Below are positions 1 to 14,583 of a stretch of DNA of 64,000 nt, in pieces. The DNA is from the human T2T-CHM13v2.0 reference genome, Homo sapiens. The stretch lies in NCBI RefSeq assembly GCF_009914755.1, contig NC_060929.1. One strand, 5' to 3'. The translations under genes and the position numbers were made by a program. Position 1 is the stretch's first letter, and each line of letters opens with the position of its first letter. The notes below the pieces were generated by a model. It saw only the letters and a list, made by a program, of their open reading frames with translations. It was not told the origin of the DNA and searched no databases.

Positions 1-105
<105 letters not shown>

Positions 106-1468
106 TTAAAATGAAATATGAAAAAATTCTCAAATAACTGAAAAGATGGTATCTTCAGGCTGATAACCACACTGTCTGGATCATTGTAAGTTTAAAAGTC
201 CTGAAATCTGGTATGGGTTAGTCCTTCATTGTTCTCAAAAGCTATCTTGGCTGTTGTAGGTCCTTCACATTTCCATAAGAATTTTAGAATCACCTAGTCA
301 ATTTTCACTAAATAGCTTCCTGGGATTATGACTGAGATGGCACTGAATCTGTAGATTAACTTTGGTAGAGCAAACATCTTAGCAATAGAGAATCTTCCAG
401 CACATGAGTGAAGTATATCTCCCCATTTATTTAGATAGTCTTTAATTTTTCTCAGATATGGTTTGTAGTGTGAATACACAGGCCTTTCACATATTTTCTC
501 AGATTTGTCATATTTTAATGCTATTTTAAATGATGTTTATCTTTAACTTCAATATCTCATTTTTCAATCCTGATATGTAGAAATATAATTAATTTTGTAT
601 ATTTATTTCGAACTCTGCAATCTTGCTAAACCCAGTTATGAATTCTAGTAGGGTTTTTTTTTGTTTTGTTTTGTTTGTAGATTTCATCATAGTTTCTCCA
701 TAGGGGATCATGCCATCTGTGAATAAAACCATTGTTTTTTTCTTCTTTCCCAATTTGGATGACTTTTATTTCTTTTTTATGCCTGACTGCACTGGCTAGA
801 GCCTCCAGTGCAATCCTGAGTGGAGGTGGTGAGGGTGAATATTTTTGCCACATTCCTGGTTGTAGGAAAAGGTATTTAGCCTTTCAGTATTAATATTATG
901 TTAGCTGGAGGTTTTCCATACGCTCTTTACCAGGTTGAGGAAGCTCCCTAGTTTGCTGAAACTTGTTTTTTATCAGGAGTAGATGTTGGATTTTGTCAAA
1001 TGCTTTTTCTTTAATTGATTGAGGTGATTATATGATTTTTCTTTTTTAGTTTCTTAATATGGTGTACTAGTTTCCTATGGTAACAGATTACCACAAACTT
1101 GGTGTCTTTAAAACACAAAAATTGATTCTCTCATGGTTATGGAGGCTAGAAATCTGAAATCAAGGTGCCAGCTGGGCCATGCTCACTCAAAGCTCCAGGG
1201 AAGAACCTGCCTGCTGTTTCCAGCGTCTGGTGGCCCCAGGCCTTCCCTGGGTAATGGTGGCGCAGCGCTGATCTCTGTCTGCCTTCACCTTCACACGGCC
1301 CTTCTTGTTTGCCTCTGTGGTCACTTCTCTCCTTACAAGGACACCAGTCATTGGACTTAGGGACCACCCTAAATTCCGGACAGTTTCATCTGAGATCCTT
1401 AACTAATTACATCTAAAAAGACTATTTCCAAATAAGGTCACATTCTGAGGTTCTGGGTGGAAATGACC

Positions 1469-1771
1469 TTTTTTTTTTTTTTTTTTTTTTGAGACATGGC
1501 CTCGCTCTGTTGTCTAGGCTGAAGGGCAGTGGCACGATCACAGCTCACTGCAGCCTCAAAGTCCTGGACTCAGGCAATCCACCTGCCTCAGCCTCCCAGG
1601 TAGCCAAGACCACGGGTGCATACCACTACACACAGCTAATTTTTAAATTTTTTGTAGAGGCAGCATCTTACTATGTTTCCCAGGCTCATCTCAAACTCCG
1701 GGCTCAAGCGAGCCTCCCACCTCAGGCTCCCAAAGTGCTGGAATTACAGACATGAGTCACTGTGCCCGGCT
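1469..1771 (-). mobile_element. AluJ-like
   Basis: poly(T) then GAGACATGGCCTCGCTCTG...GTGCCCGGC; J-type CACAGCTCACTGCAGCCTC. Confidence 0.9.
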
Positions 1772-1783
1772 GACACACAGTTG

Positions 1784-2084
1784 TTTTTTTTTTTTTTTTT
1801 TGAGACAGAGTCTCGTTCTTGTTGCCCAGGCTGGAGTGCAATGGCACAATCTCTGCCCACTGTAATCTGCACCTCCTGGGTTCAAGCAATTCTTCTGCCT
1901 CAGCCTCCCTCGGGAGGCTGGGATTATAGGCATGTGCCACTACACCAGCTAATTTTGTATTTTTAGTAGAGATGGGGTTTCTCCATGTTGGTCAGGCTGG
2001 TCTCGAACTCCCGACCTCGGGTGATCCACCTGCCTCAGCCTCCCAAAGTGCTGGGATTACAGGCGTGAGCCACTGCGCCCAGCC
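1784..2084 (-). mobile_element. AluS-like
   Basis: Full-length dimer on the minus strand. Confidence 0.92.
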
Positions 2085-2281
2085 AACATACATTTTTGAG
2101 GGACACTAGTCAACCCACTAAACATGACATATTTTATTCGATTTTTGAATGAATGCTAAGCCAAACTTGCCTTCTTGAGATAAACCCCTATAGGTCATAA
2201 TGTATTAATCTTTATAAGTTAATCTTTATAAACTTTTCTTTAAAAAATTCATCTATATTCATTAGAGATTTTAGTCCTTAA

Positions 2282-2500
<219 letters not shown>

Positions 2501-2767
2501 TAATAGCAGCCTCATAGAAATAGCTGGGAAATATTCTCTTCACTTCAATTTTATGGATTTGTTTGTGTAAAATCGTTATTATTTCTTATTTAAATGTTTG
2601 GTAGAATTCCCCAGTGAAAGCACCAGGGCCTGGAGTTTTCTTTGTGGGTGAGTTTGTAACTACGAATTTAATTTCTTTAATAAACAAAGTGCTACTTAAG
2701 TTATCTGTTTCTTCTTGAGTCATTTTTAATGTCTGTGGCTTCCAAGGAATTTGTGCATTTAATCTAG

Positions 2768-3115
<348 letters not shown>

Positions 3116-3220
3116 TATATATATATATAATATATATAATATATAATATATAATGTACATATTATATATAATGTATATATTACTTATAATGTAAATATTA
3201 TATATATTTTATATATATTT
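3116..3220. repeat. (TA)n-rich microsatellite, copy 1
   Basis: Direct reading. Confidence 0.9.
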
Positions 3221-3502
3221 TGAAACTGAGTCTCGCGCTGTCTCCCAGGCTGGAGTGCAGTGTAGCGATCTCGGCTCACCGCAAGCTCCGCCTCCCGGGT
3301 TCACACCATTCTCCTGCCTCAGCCTCTCCAAGTAGCTGGGACTACAGGTGCCCGCCACCACGCCCGGCTAATTTTTTGTATTTTTAGTAGAGACGGGGTT
3401 TCACTGTGTTAGCCAGGATGGTCTCGATCTCCTGACCTCGTGATCCGCCCGCCTCGGCCTCCCAAAGTGCTGGGATTACAGGCGAGAGCCACCATGCCAG
3501 TC
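3218..3502 (-). mobile_element. AluY-like
   Basis: GCAAGCTCCGCCTCCCGGGTTCACACCATTC; TTAGCCAGGATGGTCTCGATCTC. Confidence 0.92.
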
Positions 3503-3697
3503 CAGGTCTCGATTGTTTTATAATATTACTTCATCATCCTTCAAATACTTGTGGAATTTGTAGTACTATAATCTCTTTCATTTCTGCTCTTGAATTTGTA
3601 TCCTCTCTTTCATTCTAATCAATTTGGCTAGAAGTTTACCAATTTTATAGGTCTCTCTTTTTTTTGTTTTCAATTTTATTGATTTCCTCTTTGATTC

Positions 3698-3981
3698 TTT
3701 TTTTTTTTTTTGAGACGGAGTCTCGCTCTGTCGCCCAGGCTGGAGTGCAGTGGTGCTATCTCTGCAAGCTCTGCCTCCCGGGCTCACGCCATTCTCCTGC
3801 CTCAGCCTCCAGAGTAGCTGGGACTACAGGCGCCCGCTATGACGCCCGGCTAATTTTTTGTATTTTTTAGTAGAGACGGGGTTTCACCCTGTTAGCCAGG
3901 ATGGTCTCGATCTCCTGACCTCGTGATCCACCCGCCTCAGCCTCCCAAAGCCCTGGGATTACAAGCGTGAGCCACTATGCC

Positions 3982-3985
<4 letters not shown>
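3698..3985 (-). mobile_element. AluY-like (chimeric end, see findings)
   Basis: AluY diagnostics; ends with the CCAAAGCCCTGGGATTACAAG variant shared with the Alu at 2793-3115. Confidence 0.9.
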
Positions 3986-4404
<419 letters not shown>

Positions 4405-4724
4405 TCCTCTTTGATTCTTATATTTCTTCTGCTTGCTTTGCATTGTATTTGTTCTCCTTTTTCTTGTTTCTTATGGTATAATCTGAAGCCATCGATTTGA
4501 GATATTTTCTCTTTTCTAATAGAAGCATATAGTGCCATAAATTTCGCACTTCACCTGCATCCCACAAGTTCTGATATTTTGTTTTTTCACTTTCATTCCA
4601 TTCAGAATAATTACTAATTTGGCTAATTTACTTTTGATTTATTCTTTCACCCATGGGTTATTTAGAATTGTTTAACTGAGTTTTGAAATATTTGAGGATT
4701 TCAGAGCTATCTTTCTGTTGCTCA

Positions 4725-5289
4725 TTTTTTTTTTTTAGATGAGGTCTTGCTCTGTCGCCCAGGCTGGAGTACAGTGGAATGATCATGGCTCACTGCAGCC
4801 TTGACCTCCTGGGCTCAAGCCATTCTCCCACCTCAGACCCCAGATAGCTGGGACGGCAAGCACACACCACCATGCCCGGATACTTTATTTTTAGTAGAGA
4901 TGGGGTTTCGCCATGTTGCCCAGGCTCGTCTTGAACTCCTGGACTCAGGCAATCCACCCACCTTGACCTCCCAAAGTGCTAGGATTGCAGGTGTGAGCCA
5001 CCGCATCTGGCCTCTGTTGTTCAATGTTGCCCAGGCTGGAGTGCAGTGGTGCAATCATAGCTCACTGCAGCCTCAAACTCCTGGGCTCAAGGGATCCTCC
5101 TGCTTCAGCCTCCTGAGTAGCTAGGACTGTAGGTGTGCACCAGCGTGCCCGGCTATTTTTTAAATCTTTTTGTAGAGATAAGAGCTTGCTATGTCGCCCA
5201 GGCTGGTCTTGAACCCCTGGCCTCAAAAGATCCTCCCACCTTCACCTCCAAACTATTGGGTTTACAGGCATGAGCCACCATGCCTGCCC
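4725..5289 (-). mobile_element. Two tandem AluJ-like elements (~4725-5012, ~5024-5289)
   Basis: ATCATGGCTCACTGCAGCCTTGACCTCCTGGGCTCAAG-type J diagnostics. Confidence 0.85.
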
Positions 5290-7100
5290 ATCACTTTTAT
5301 TTTTGAAAAATATTTTCACTATTCCACTGTCTTCTCCAGACAAGAAATCTAGTGTCAGCTTTATCTTTGTTCCTCTGTATAGAAGGATTTCTGGGGCTGC
5401 TTTGAAGTTTTTCTCTTTATTACTGGTTTGAAGCTTTGTGATTATGATGTGATTTTTTTCTGGTTTCTTTTGCTTGAGCTTTGTTGAGCTTCCTGCATCT
5501 GTGAATTTATTTTTAATTAACTTTGGGAAACTCAGGACCATTATTTCTTCAAGTATTTTTTCTGTTCCTTTTCTTCTCTCTCCTCTCCCTTGATGATTCC
5601 AAATTACACACGTATTATGTTGTCTGAAGCCTTCCTACAAATCATTTATGCTCTTTTCATTTTTTAATTTACTTTTTTCTCCTTGTTTTTCAAATTCGCT
5701 ACCCTTTTTCTCCTAAAATGTTTGACCTGCCCTTAATCCCACTCAGTGTATTTTTCATATTCGGCATTGTAATTTTCATCTCTGGAAGTGCTATGTCCAT
5801 AACTAACGTACTGAGTGTTGTAATCGGGGCACAGTAACTGTCTTAACGCTCTTGTCTGCTAATTCTAACGTATACGTCGTTCTGGGTAGGTCTTGATTTG
5901 ATGATTCTTCCCATTAGGAGGCATGCGTTCTGGCTTCTTTGTACACCAGGTGATCTTTGACTGGATGCTAGATACTGTGAATTTCATCTTGTTGGGTGCT
6001 GAATATTTTTGTATTCTGTGGGAATTCTTGAACTTTGTTCTAAGACACAGTTAAGTTACTTGGAAACAACTTGATCCTTTCAGATCTTGCTTTTATTACT
6101 TGTTATGCAGGTCCAAAGCAACGCCGTCTACGGGTAATTATTCCCTATTATTAAGGCAAGACCTCCCTGAACACTGTACCCAATAGCCCGTGAATTATGA
6201 GTTTTTCCTGTAAGCCGGTGAGAACAGTGTTCCCAGCCCTGTTTGGGTTTCAGGCTGTGTCCAGGCCGTGCTCCCTGTAACCCTTCCATGAGGTTCTTGC
6301 CCTGGCCATGGGTAGTTTCCGCATATGCGTGTGCTCTGGTGCTTACTCAGGAGGGCCCTGTACAAATCTCCCCAGTTCTCTCTCTGCACAACTCTCTCCT
6401 CCCTGGAATTCTGTCCTGTGACCTTTAGTGGCCTTGTTCTCTCTCAACCACATCTCCTCAAGAAGGCTACTGAATCTGCCTCAGTTTCCTTTTCTGCTCC
6501 ACAGCCTGGAAACCACCTCAAGGCAAGCTGGGGTAATTGCAGGGAACATCTTGTTTGCTTCCCGTCTGTCAGGGATTACTGTCCTACATTGTCCTGTGTC
6601 TTGAAAACCATTGTTTCACATATTTTGCCTGGTTTTGTTTATTTGTTGCTGCTGTTTTAGGAAGGAGGGTCAATCCGGTCCCTGTTTATCGATCTTGGCC
6701 ACAAGTGGAAATCCACGCTATTTGATTTTAAGACCTTATAAAGTTACAGTCATCAAGACAGCACGGTACTGGAGAGGGGGCAGACACATAGATGAATTCA
6801 AAGGAATAGAAAGTCTAGAAATTGACCCACACAATTACGGGCAATTTATCTTTTAGAAAGGTGCAAAGACGATTTGACAAAGAATGGATAATATTTTCAA
6901 CAGTTTTGTTGCAATAATAATGAACCTCAACCCAAACCTCACATTATACAAAAATGAAGTCAAAATGGATCATATATCTAAATATAAAATGAAAACTTAG
7001 AAAACTTGAAAGTGTAGGAGAAAACCTTCATGATCTTAGCTTAGGCAGAGTTCTCAGATACAATACCAAAAGCATGACTCACAAAAGTAAAACTTAATAG

Positions 7101-7391
7101 AGCCAGGTGTGGTGGCTCATGTCTGTAATCTTAGCACTTTGGGGAGGCTGAGGCGGGTGGATCACTTGAGGTCAGGAGTTCAAGACCAGCCTGGCCAACA
7201 TGGTGAAATCCCGTCTCTACTAAAAATGCAAAAATTAGCCGGTTGTGGTGGCGGGCGCCTGTAATCCCTGCTACTCAGGAGGCTGAAGTGGGAGAATCGC
7301 TTGAACTGGGGAGGTGGAAGTGGCAGTGAGCCAAGATTGCACCACTGCACTACAGCCTGGGTGACAGAGACTCCGTCTCAAAAAAAAAAAA
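7101..7391 (+). mobile_element. AluS-like
   Basis: Full dimer; TSD AAAAGTA(A/G)AACTT(A/G)ATA. Confidence 0.92.
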
Positions 7392-7712
7392 GTAGAACTT
7401 GATAAATATGACTTCACCAAAATGGAAACGTTTTGCTCTGCAAATTAAAACCAAAATGAGATACCATCACATACCTTTGAGAATGACTAGAATTAAGCAA
7501 ACCCTCAAATAAACTCTGTCAATACCAAGTGCTGGATACAAAGTAACTGGAACTCACATCCATTGCTGGTGGGAGCACAAAAATGGTGCAGCCACTTTGG
7601 GTAAGCTTAGCAGCTTCTTACAGAGCTAAACATGTGCTTACATATGACTCTGGAGTCCCACTCACTCAGGTGTTTCTGAGAGAAATGAAAACATATATTC
7701 ACACAAAAATCC

Positions 7713-8011
7713 TTTTTTTTTTTTTTTTTTTTTTGAGACAGAGTCTTGCTCTTTCGCCGCGGGAATGCAGTGGCGCTATCTTGGCTGACGGCAAGCTCCG
7801 CCTCCCGGGTTCACACCATTCTCCTGCCTCGGCCTCCCGAGTAGCTGGGACTACAGGTGCCCGCCACCACGCCCGGCTAATTTTTTGTATTTTTAGTAGA
7901 GACGGGGTTTCACGTGTTAGCTAGGATGGTCTCGATCTCCTGACCTCGTGATCGGCCTGCCTCGGCCTCCCAAAGTGCTGGGATTACAGGCGTGAGCCAC
8001 CGTGCCCGGCC
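7713..8011 (-). mobile_element. AluY-like
   Basis: AluY diagnostics; TSD ACACAAAAATC. Confidence 0.92.
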
Positions 8012-8252
8012 ACACAAAAATCTTACACCAATGTTTACAGCAGCTCAATTCATAATTGCCAAAAAATCAGAAATAACACAAACAAGTGAATGGATAAACT
8101 GTGGTTCATTCATAGCATGAAAGACTCCCAGTGCTAAGAACAATGAGCTATTGATACGTGTAGTAACTAGCACGAATGTCTGAGGCCCTCTGCTGGGGTT
8201 ACACTCAAGAAGTTATAGGACATTCCCGAAAAGATAAATCTATCAGTGGTAA

Positions 8253-8926
<674 letters not shown>

Positions 8927-9442
8927 AATATTTTGTATTCTAATTGTGATTACGGCCAGCCTTCTCCAAGGCTAGATGCTGGACACTCTTCTCCAATTAT
9001 ATAGCCATTAAATAAGTCCTTACTTGGCTTCTATAACGTGCACAACACTGGGCAGGACAGTGTGGGGAATAAGACAAACCTGGACCTTGCCAACTGTGGA
9101 GCTCCAGATGTCAGCAAGTGGCAAGGCAGGGCACGAACCCCACAGTCCTCAAACCAGATGTGCAAAAGCCATGACTCCACTGTCTCTGGCCCAAGATGTG
9201 TGCTGAAGAATCCTTGTTGAGCCACTCTGGGTGAGTCCTGTCCAATTTTATTTCTCAACTATGTGGTGTTTAGGTATCAGTCCTGTCACGGTTCTTCTCC
9301 CTGTTCTTCTTCCAGGGTGATGTCTGAGTTCTAGATTCTCAAGAGGTGACAGGGCCAGTGGGGAGGGGACCTAGATGGAAGGCACCTGCTGCAGCAGCAC
9401 TGTAGGTGGCTCTCCAGTCTCGGTGTCTCCTGAAGCTGCTGG

Positions 9443-10646
9443 TGAGAGGTGACAACGTGCTAGCAGCCCTCGCTCTCTCGGCACCTCCTTGGCCTGGGCG
9501 TCCACTCGGGCCGTGCCTGAGGAGCCCTTCAGCCCGCCTCTGCACTGCAGGAGCCCCTCTCTGGGCTGGCGAGGCCGGAGCCGGCTCCCTCTGCTTGCGT
9601 GGAGGTGTAGAGGGAGAAGCGCTGGCGGGAGGCGCGAACAGGGGCTGTGCGCTCTCGCAGGACAGCGCGAGTTCTGGGTGGGCGTGGGCTCGGCGAGCCC
9701 TGCACTCGGAGCGGCCAGCCAGGGCCACCAGCCCCGGGTAGTGAGGGGCTTAGCACCTGGGCCAGCAGCTGTGGAGGGTGCGTGGTCCCCCAACGCTGCT
9801 GGCCTGCCTGCAGCACACTGGAATTCTTGCCGGGCCTCAGCAGCCTCCCCATGTGGCAGGGCTCAGCACCTGCAACCTGCCACCCCCTAGCCCCTACCCC
9901 TCCCGACGTGGGCTCCCGCACAGTGAGCCTCTCCCCTACAGGTGCGCCCCCTGCTCCGCGGCGCCTGGTCCCGTCGACCACCCAAGGACTGAGAAGTGTA
10001 GGCGTGCGCCCCGGGACTGGCTGCTAGCAGCCCTGGCACAGAATCCACTAGGTAAAACCAGCTGGACTTCTGAGTCGTGTTGGGCTGGGGGGCGGGTCTT
10101 GGAAAACTTTTATGTCTAGCTAGAGGATTGTAAATGCACCAATCAGCACTCTGTGTCTAGCTCAGGGATTGTAAACGCACCAATCAGCACCCTGTCAAAA
10201 CGGACCAATCAGTTCTCTGTAAAACAGACCAATCAGCTCTCTGTAAAATGGACCAATCGGCTCTCTGTAAAATGGGCCAATCAGCAGGATGTGGGTGGGG
10301 CCAGATAAGGGAATAAAAGCAGCAGGCTGCGTAAGCCAGCACTGGGGTCCTTTTCCACCTTGTGAGGAGGTTAGTTTGTTAGCTCTTTGCGATAAATGTT
10401 GTTTCTAACTTATTGGGTCCAAGTTGCCTTTATGAGGTGTGACACTAACTGTGAAGGTCTGCAGCTTCACTTCTGAAGTCAGTGAGACCATGAACCCACC
10501 AGAAGAAAGAAACTGTGGGCATGTCTGAATATCTAAAGTAACAAACTCAGGACGCACCATCTTTAAGAATTGTAACACTCACTGCGAAAGTTTGTGGCTT
10601 CATTCTTGAAGTCAGGCAGACCAAGCACCCACGAATCCGGGACACA
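9443..10646 (+). mobile_element. LTR12 (ERV9) solo LTR, long C/D/E-type
   Basis: Starts TGAGAGGTGACAACGTGCTAGCAGCCCTCG. GC-rich U3, six CCAAT repeats at 10136-10282, AGATAA and AATAAAA promoter box at ~10303-10318. Ends CCGGGACACA. TSD not clean (CTGG/CAGA). Confidence 0.93.
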
Positions 10647-11431
10647 CAGAGATGCCCACACTCTTGCCACTTCCTGCCTCACTCTGTGTCTTTGGGGTTC
10701 CTTCAGCTAGCTTGCTTCTGCTTCCCTCATGGCACCCATGAGCTGTGGGTGGGAGCCCACATGTCTGTCTAGAGGCTGCACTTAGGTCCACCCTCCTTGC
10801 GTGGGCCCAGGGCTCTGCTGCCCTTTAGCCTCTGGTGCTAGACCTGGTGTTTTTAGTAGGGTCCTGGCTCCTGCGGCTCCCTCGGAAGATACCCTCTATT
10901 CTGGGTCCCTTGAGCCTTTCTGGATCATGGCCCTGTCTCACCCTTGGGAGGTGGGAGGAGTGAGTTGAAAGCAGGGTCCTTTTTCAAAGGCTCAGACACG
11001 CTTGTCTCCGCTTTACTTGCTCCAGCTCTGGGAGGCCCCACACCTGCCCAGGGAACTGGGCTGTCACAGCATTGTGCTAACCAAGAGCTCACGCTCTCCT
11101 TTGGAATTCAGTACACCCTGTCTCTGTACCTAAAAGCTTTTCCTGTAAGAGCGATGGATGGTCCAAGCCATGGATCTCTAAGGCCTCCCAGCAAATACCA
11201 GCTCTGGTCTGTGCCTTCCTCCAGGCGTTTCTCCAGGAAGCATCTTACTCCAAGGGCCCTGAGGACAGAGAGCTTCCTGGACCAGGGGATAGGGAGCAGG
11301 ACGTACAGAGAAGGAGATCCATTATTCTGCCAAAGTGGCTTTGGATGTGGGTTTGAATAACATCTTCCCTACTTCCTAGCTATGTGGTCCTGGCAGCTTT
11401 CTCCCTTCTTTCCTCTCCTCCCCGCTTTCTC

Positions 11432-11863
11432 TTTTTTTTTTTTTTTTTTTTGAGACAGACTCACACTCTGTTGCCCAGGCCGGAGTGCAGTCGCACAGTC
11501 TTGGCTTACTGCAACTTCCACCTCCCAGATTCAAGCAATGATTTTGCCTTAGCCTCCCGAGTAGCTGGGACTACAGGCGCCTGCCACCACGCCCAGTTAA
11601 TTTTTTGTATTTTTAGTAGAGGTGGAGTTTGACTGTGTTAGCCAGGATGGTCTCGATCTCCTGAACTCATGATCTGCCCGCCTCGGCCTCCCAAAGTGCT
11701 GGGATTACAGGTGTGAGCCACCGTGCACGGTCAATTTTTTTATTTTTAGTAGAGATGGAGTTTCACCGTGTTGGCCAGGCTGGTCTCAAACTCCTAATCT
11801 GGTGATCCACCCGCCTCGGCCTCCCAAAGTACTGGGATACAGGCGTGAGCCACCGTGCCCAGC
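11432..11863 (-). mobile_element. Alu (~11432-11732) plus left-arm monomer (~11735-11863)
   Basis: Alu consensus match. Confidence 0.88.
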
Positions 11864-12413
11864 TCTTCCAGGCATCTATTTCTAACCTCGTGGTGTATAA
11901 CTTCCCTACCTTTCTCTCCGCATTCATGTAACCATTCACACACGCATGCAGTTCTTGTCGGTTTTTGTTTTGGGATATTATGTTTACTTCTCTGCATCCT
12001 GGTTGGAAGTTCACTGTGGAATTCCTCCAAGTGCGTTTGTTCGCATTTAATCCATTCTTCCAGGCTGCCTAGTCTACCATGAAATAGCTGTCCCACAAAT
12101 TACTTGGTTTATCCCTATTGAGGCAATCTCTTTTTTCCATGACTTTGCCACCTCTTGTGCTACATTAATTGATGGGTGGGGACCTGGGGGTACTGGAAGG
12201 TGCTGGTGGGAGCAGGTAGAGTCCTTGGAGATGTGGCTCTTGATGGCAGTCATGTGTCCAGCAACTTCCATGTGCCCCACTGTGTTGGTTCAATTGTGCA
12301 CCTCGTTGGTCATGTAGGATGAGCCCAGACTAGGATACAGCCAAATCGCTGGGTCAGTAGCCCTGTGCACTGACCCTGTACACTGACTTGCGTGGGTTCC
12401 TGTCTTATTTGCT

Positions 12414-12710
12414 TTTTTTTTTTTTTTTTTGGAGACGGAGTCTCGCTCTGTTGCCCAGGCTGGAGTGCAGTGGTGTGATCTTGGCTTGGCTCACTGCAAC
12501 TTCCGCCTCCCGGGTTCAAGCAATTCTCCTGCCTCAGCCTCACGAGTAGCTGGGACTACAGGCTAATTTTTTTTTTTTTTTTTTAATTTTAGTAGAGACT
12601 GGGTTTCACCATGTTTCCCAGGCTGGTCTCAAACTCCTGAACTCAGGCAATCCATCTGCCTCGGACTCCCAGTGTGCTAGGATTACAGGTGTGAGCCACT
12701 GTGCCCAGCC
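12414..12710 (-). mobile_element. AluS-like
   Basis: Alu consensus match with short deletion before the linker. Confidence 0.9.
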
Positions 12711-13489
12711 CTTATTTGCATTTTTTTTTGTGTGTGTGGTTGATGTGAGGGTAGATGCTTGGAGTGGGAGGACAGAAACGAAGGGGGTGGAGGATGCAGG
12801 GGGTGCAGGGAACCCCACTTGGGGCTGGTTTCTGGGTCCCTGTGGGGAGAGGCAGAGGTCGAGTCCCTGTCTTCAAAACACATGTTCTGGGGTAAAGTGC
12901 GTGCTTCCCAGGTTTCAGGTGCCCAGTGAAGGCACTGGAAATGGAAACGGGGTTGCAACATGGCAATGCCCCCCACTGGCAGGAGACAAGGGTGCCACAC
13001 ACATTATATCAAACACATGGAAGATGCTCCTGGAGACCCCTAGAAATGCAGAGAGCTGGGGAAAAAGGAAGTGGGGGCCAGGATTTGTTTCCATCCACAG
13101 GAGCCTGGCTTGCTTGCATGGACAGGGTGATGGAAGGCCAAGGGGCAGCCTATGGAATGGGCAGGAAGGCTTGAGACCAGGGCCGGCCCGAGCAGAAGCC
13201 AGACCCGCTGGAGTGGGGGCTGAGAGGTGAGCAGGGGAGCACCATGGGCAGCCTCGCCAGGGCACTGAGCCGTCTGTCTGTCCTCACTGCACACCTTTCA
13301 GGGCTCACAGCCCAGGTGGGCTGCCCTAGTTGGCCTTGCCTGGGGCTTGCTCCTCTGGGCCGAGGGAGGCCTGGGCACCAGCATGGAAAGTGCCACTAAG
13401 ACTGAGCATGGGGCATGCCGAGCCCCCAGATGAGTGGGGTGCCGTGACCTGAAGCAGGAGGCATTGGCACTTGGGCACCAGCCCTCACG

Positions 13490-13660
13490 ATTATCCCCCC
13501 TTTACAGATGGGGAAACTGAGGCACGAATGGGGGTGCCGCTTGCTTGAGGTTGCTGTCTCAGTTGGGATCCCCAGAAACAGACTCTGAAACGAGGACGTA
13601 TGTGCAGGTAGTTAACAGGGTGCTCAAAGTAGGTTATTTGGGTGCAGGTTCCCAGGAAAC
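13490..13660. mobile_element. MIR core fragment followed by an old ERVL-type LTR fragment
   Basis: TTTACAGATGGGGAAACTGAGGCAC (MIR core); GGGATCCCCAGAAACAGACTCTGA (LTR16/40-like motif). Confidence 0.45.
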
Positions 13661-14583
13661 ACTGTGGGGTGTGGGGAAGGGAGGCAGGGAAGGGAGGGGA
13701 GGCCATGAGAATGTGTCGAGGAGCAGTTACCCTGGAGCAACCGAGGCTCTGTCCCCTGGGGTCTTCTAGAGAATCGGAGGCTCAAGCCTCAAGGGGTCCC
13801 TCTGAGTGGAAGAAGGTGGGGTATTTCCTCACTCACTTCTACCCAGGGGAATCAATTCCCCCGCACCCCAGGCCCGGCCTGCCCTGAAGAGAGACGGGGA
13901 GAGTCGTGTGACCTTAGGGCAGGCCTCGGCTCTGGGCAGGGCATCCGCCGCAGTGTCCACACAGCTTCACAGCTAGGGAGGCAGGCCAGGGGCTCGAGTG
14001 AGGGCATTTGACCTTTTCCCAAGATCGCATCCTCCTCGCTCTCTCATCAAGGGTTTTGGACAGAGCCCTTCTCCAGGAAAGGCTGCAGGAGGCGGCTCGC
14101 TGGCGTGTTGCTGGCAGGGTTTCAGTTTGCACTGCTTCTCCGCAGGGCAGTTTGGCTGTGAGGAACAGAATGCCCACCCTACATGCCAAACAGCAGCAGT
14201 GAGAACAGGATTTCAGTATCAGGGCTGCTTAGCTGCCCGGCGATGTGCTGAGGACCTGGGCTCTCTTTTCTCCTTTGCTTTTCAGCTTTATCTGGTTAGT
14301 TGGCCTTGCCCTGGCCTTCCAGAGCCCAGGGTCTAGAGCACAAGGCAGCAGGAAGGAGGCTCTTGGGAGCTTCTCCATCTTTTGAGGGAAGAAAGTTTTC
14401 CCCAGGCTTTACCCCCAGCAAAGGCCCCTTCCATCCGCTTGGCCAGGTCTGAGTGTTCTGACCAACGTGATGGTGCTGGGTTAAGGACGGTAGCACCTCC
14501 TCTCCCTCCAGCTGCGACCTCGAGGGGCTTTGGAGCTGGGGGAGTGACCACAGACCAGGCCTGGATGACCAAGACTGCTGGGT

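Larger units (their letters stand above)
1063..2124 (-). mobile_element. MLT1 (MaLR) solo LTR split by two Alus
   Basis: TGTACTAGTTTCCT..ATTACCACAAACTTGGTG..GGAGGCTAGAAATCTGAAATCAAGGTG; resumes after the Alus as GGGACACTAGTCAACCCACTAAACA. Confidence 0.8.

Noticed and set aside
7101-8011. Inverted Alu pairs as dsRNA or A-to-I editing substrates (many in the window)
   Set aside because: Ubiquitous in Alu-dense DNA, and the sequence gives no evidence of transcription.
9339-10119. Multiple overlapping 110-200 aa ORFs or a CpG-island gene (also 36435-37315)
   Set aside because: They lie inside the GC-rich U3 of LTR12, where stop codons are scarce.
13666-13702. G-rich tract with G-quadruplex potential
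   Set aside because: Common in GC-rich isochores and nothing distinguishes this one.
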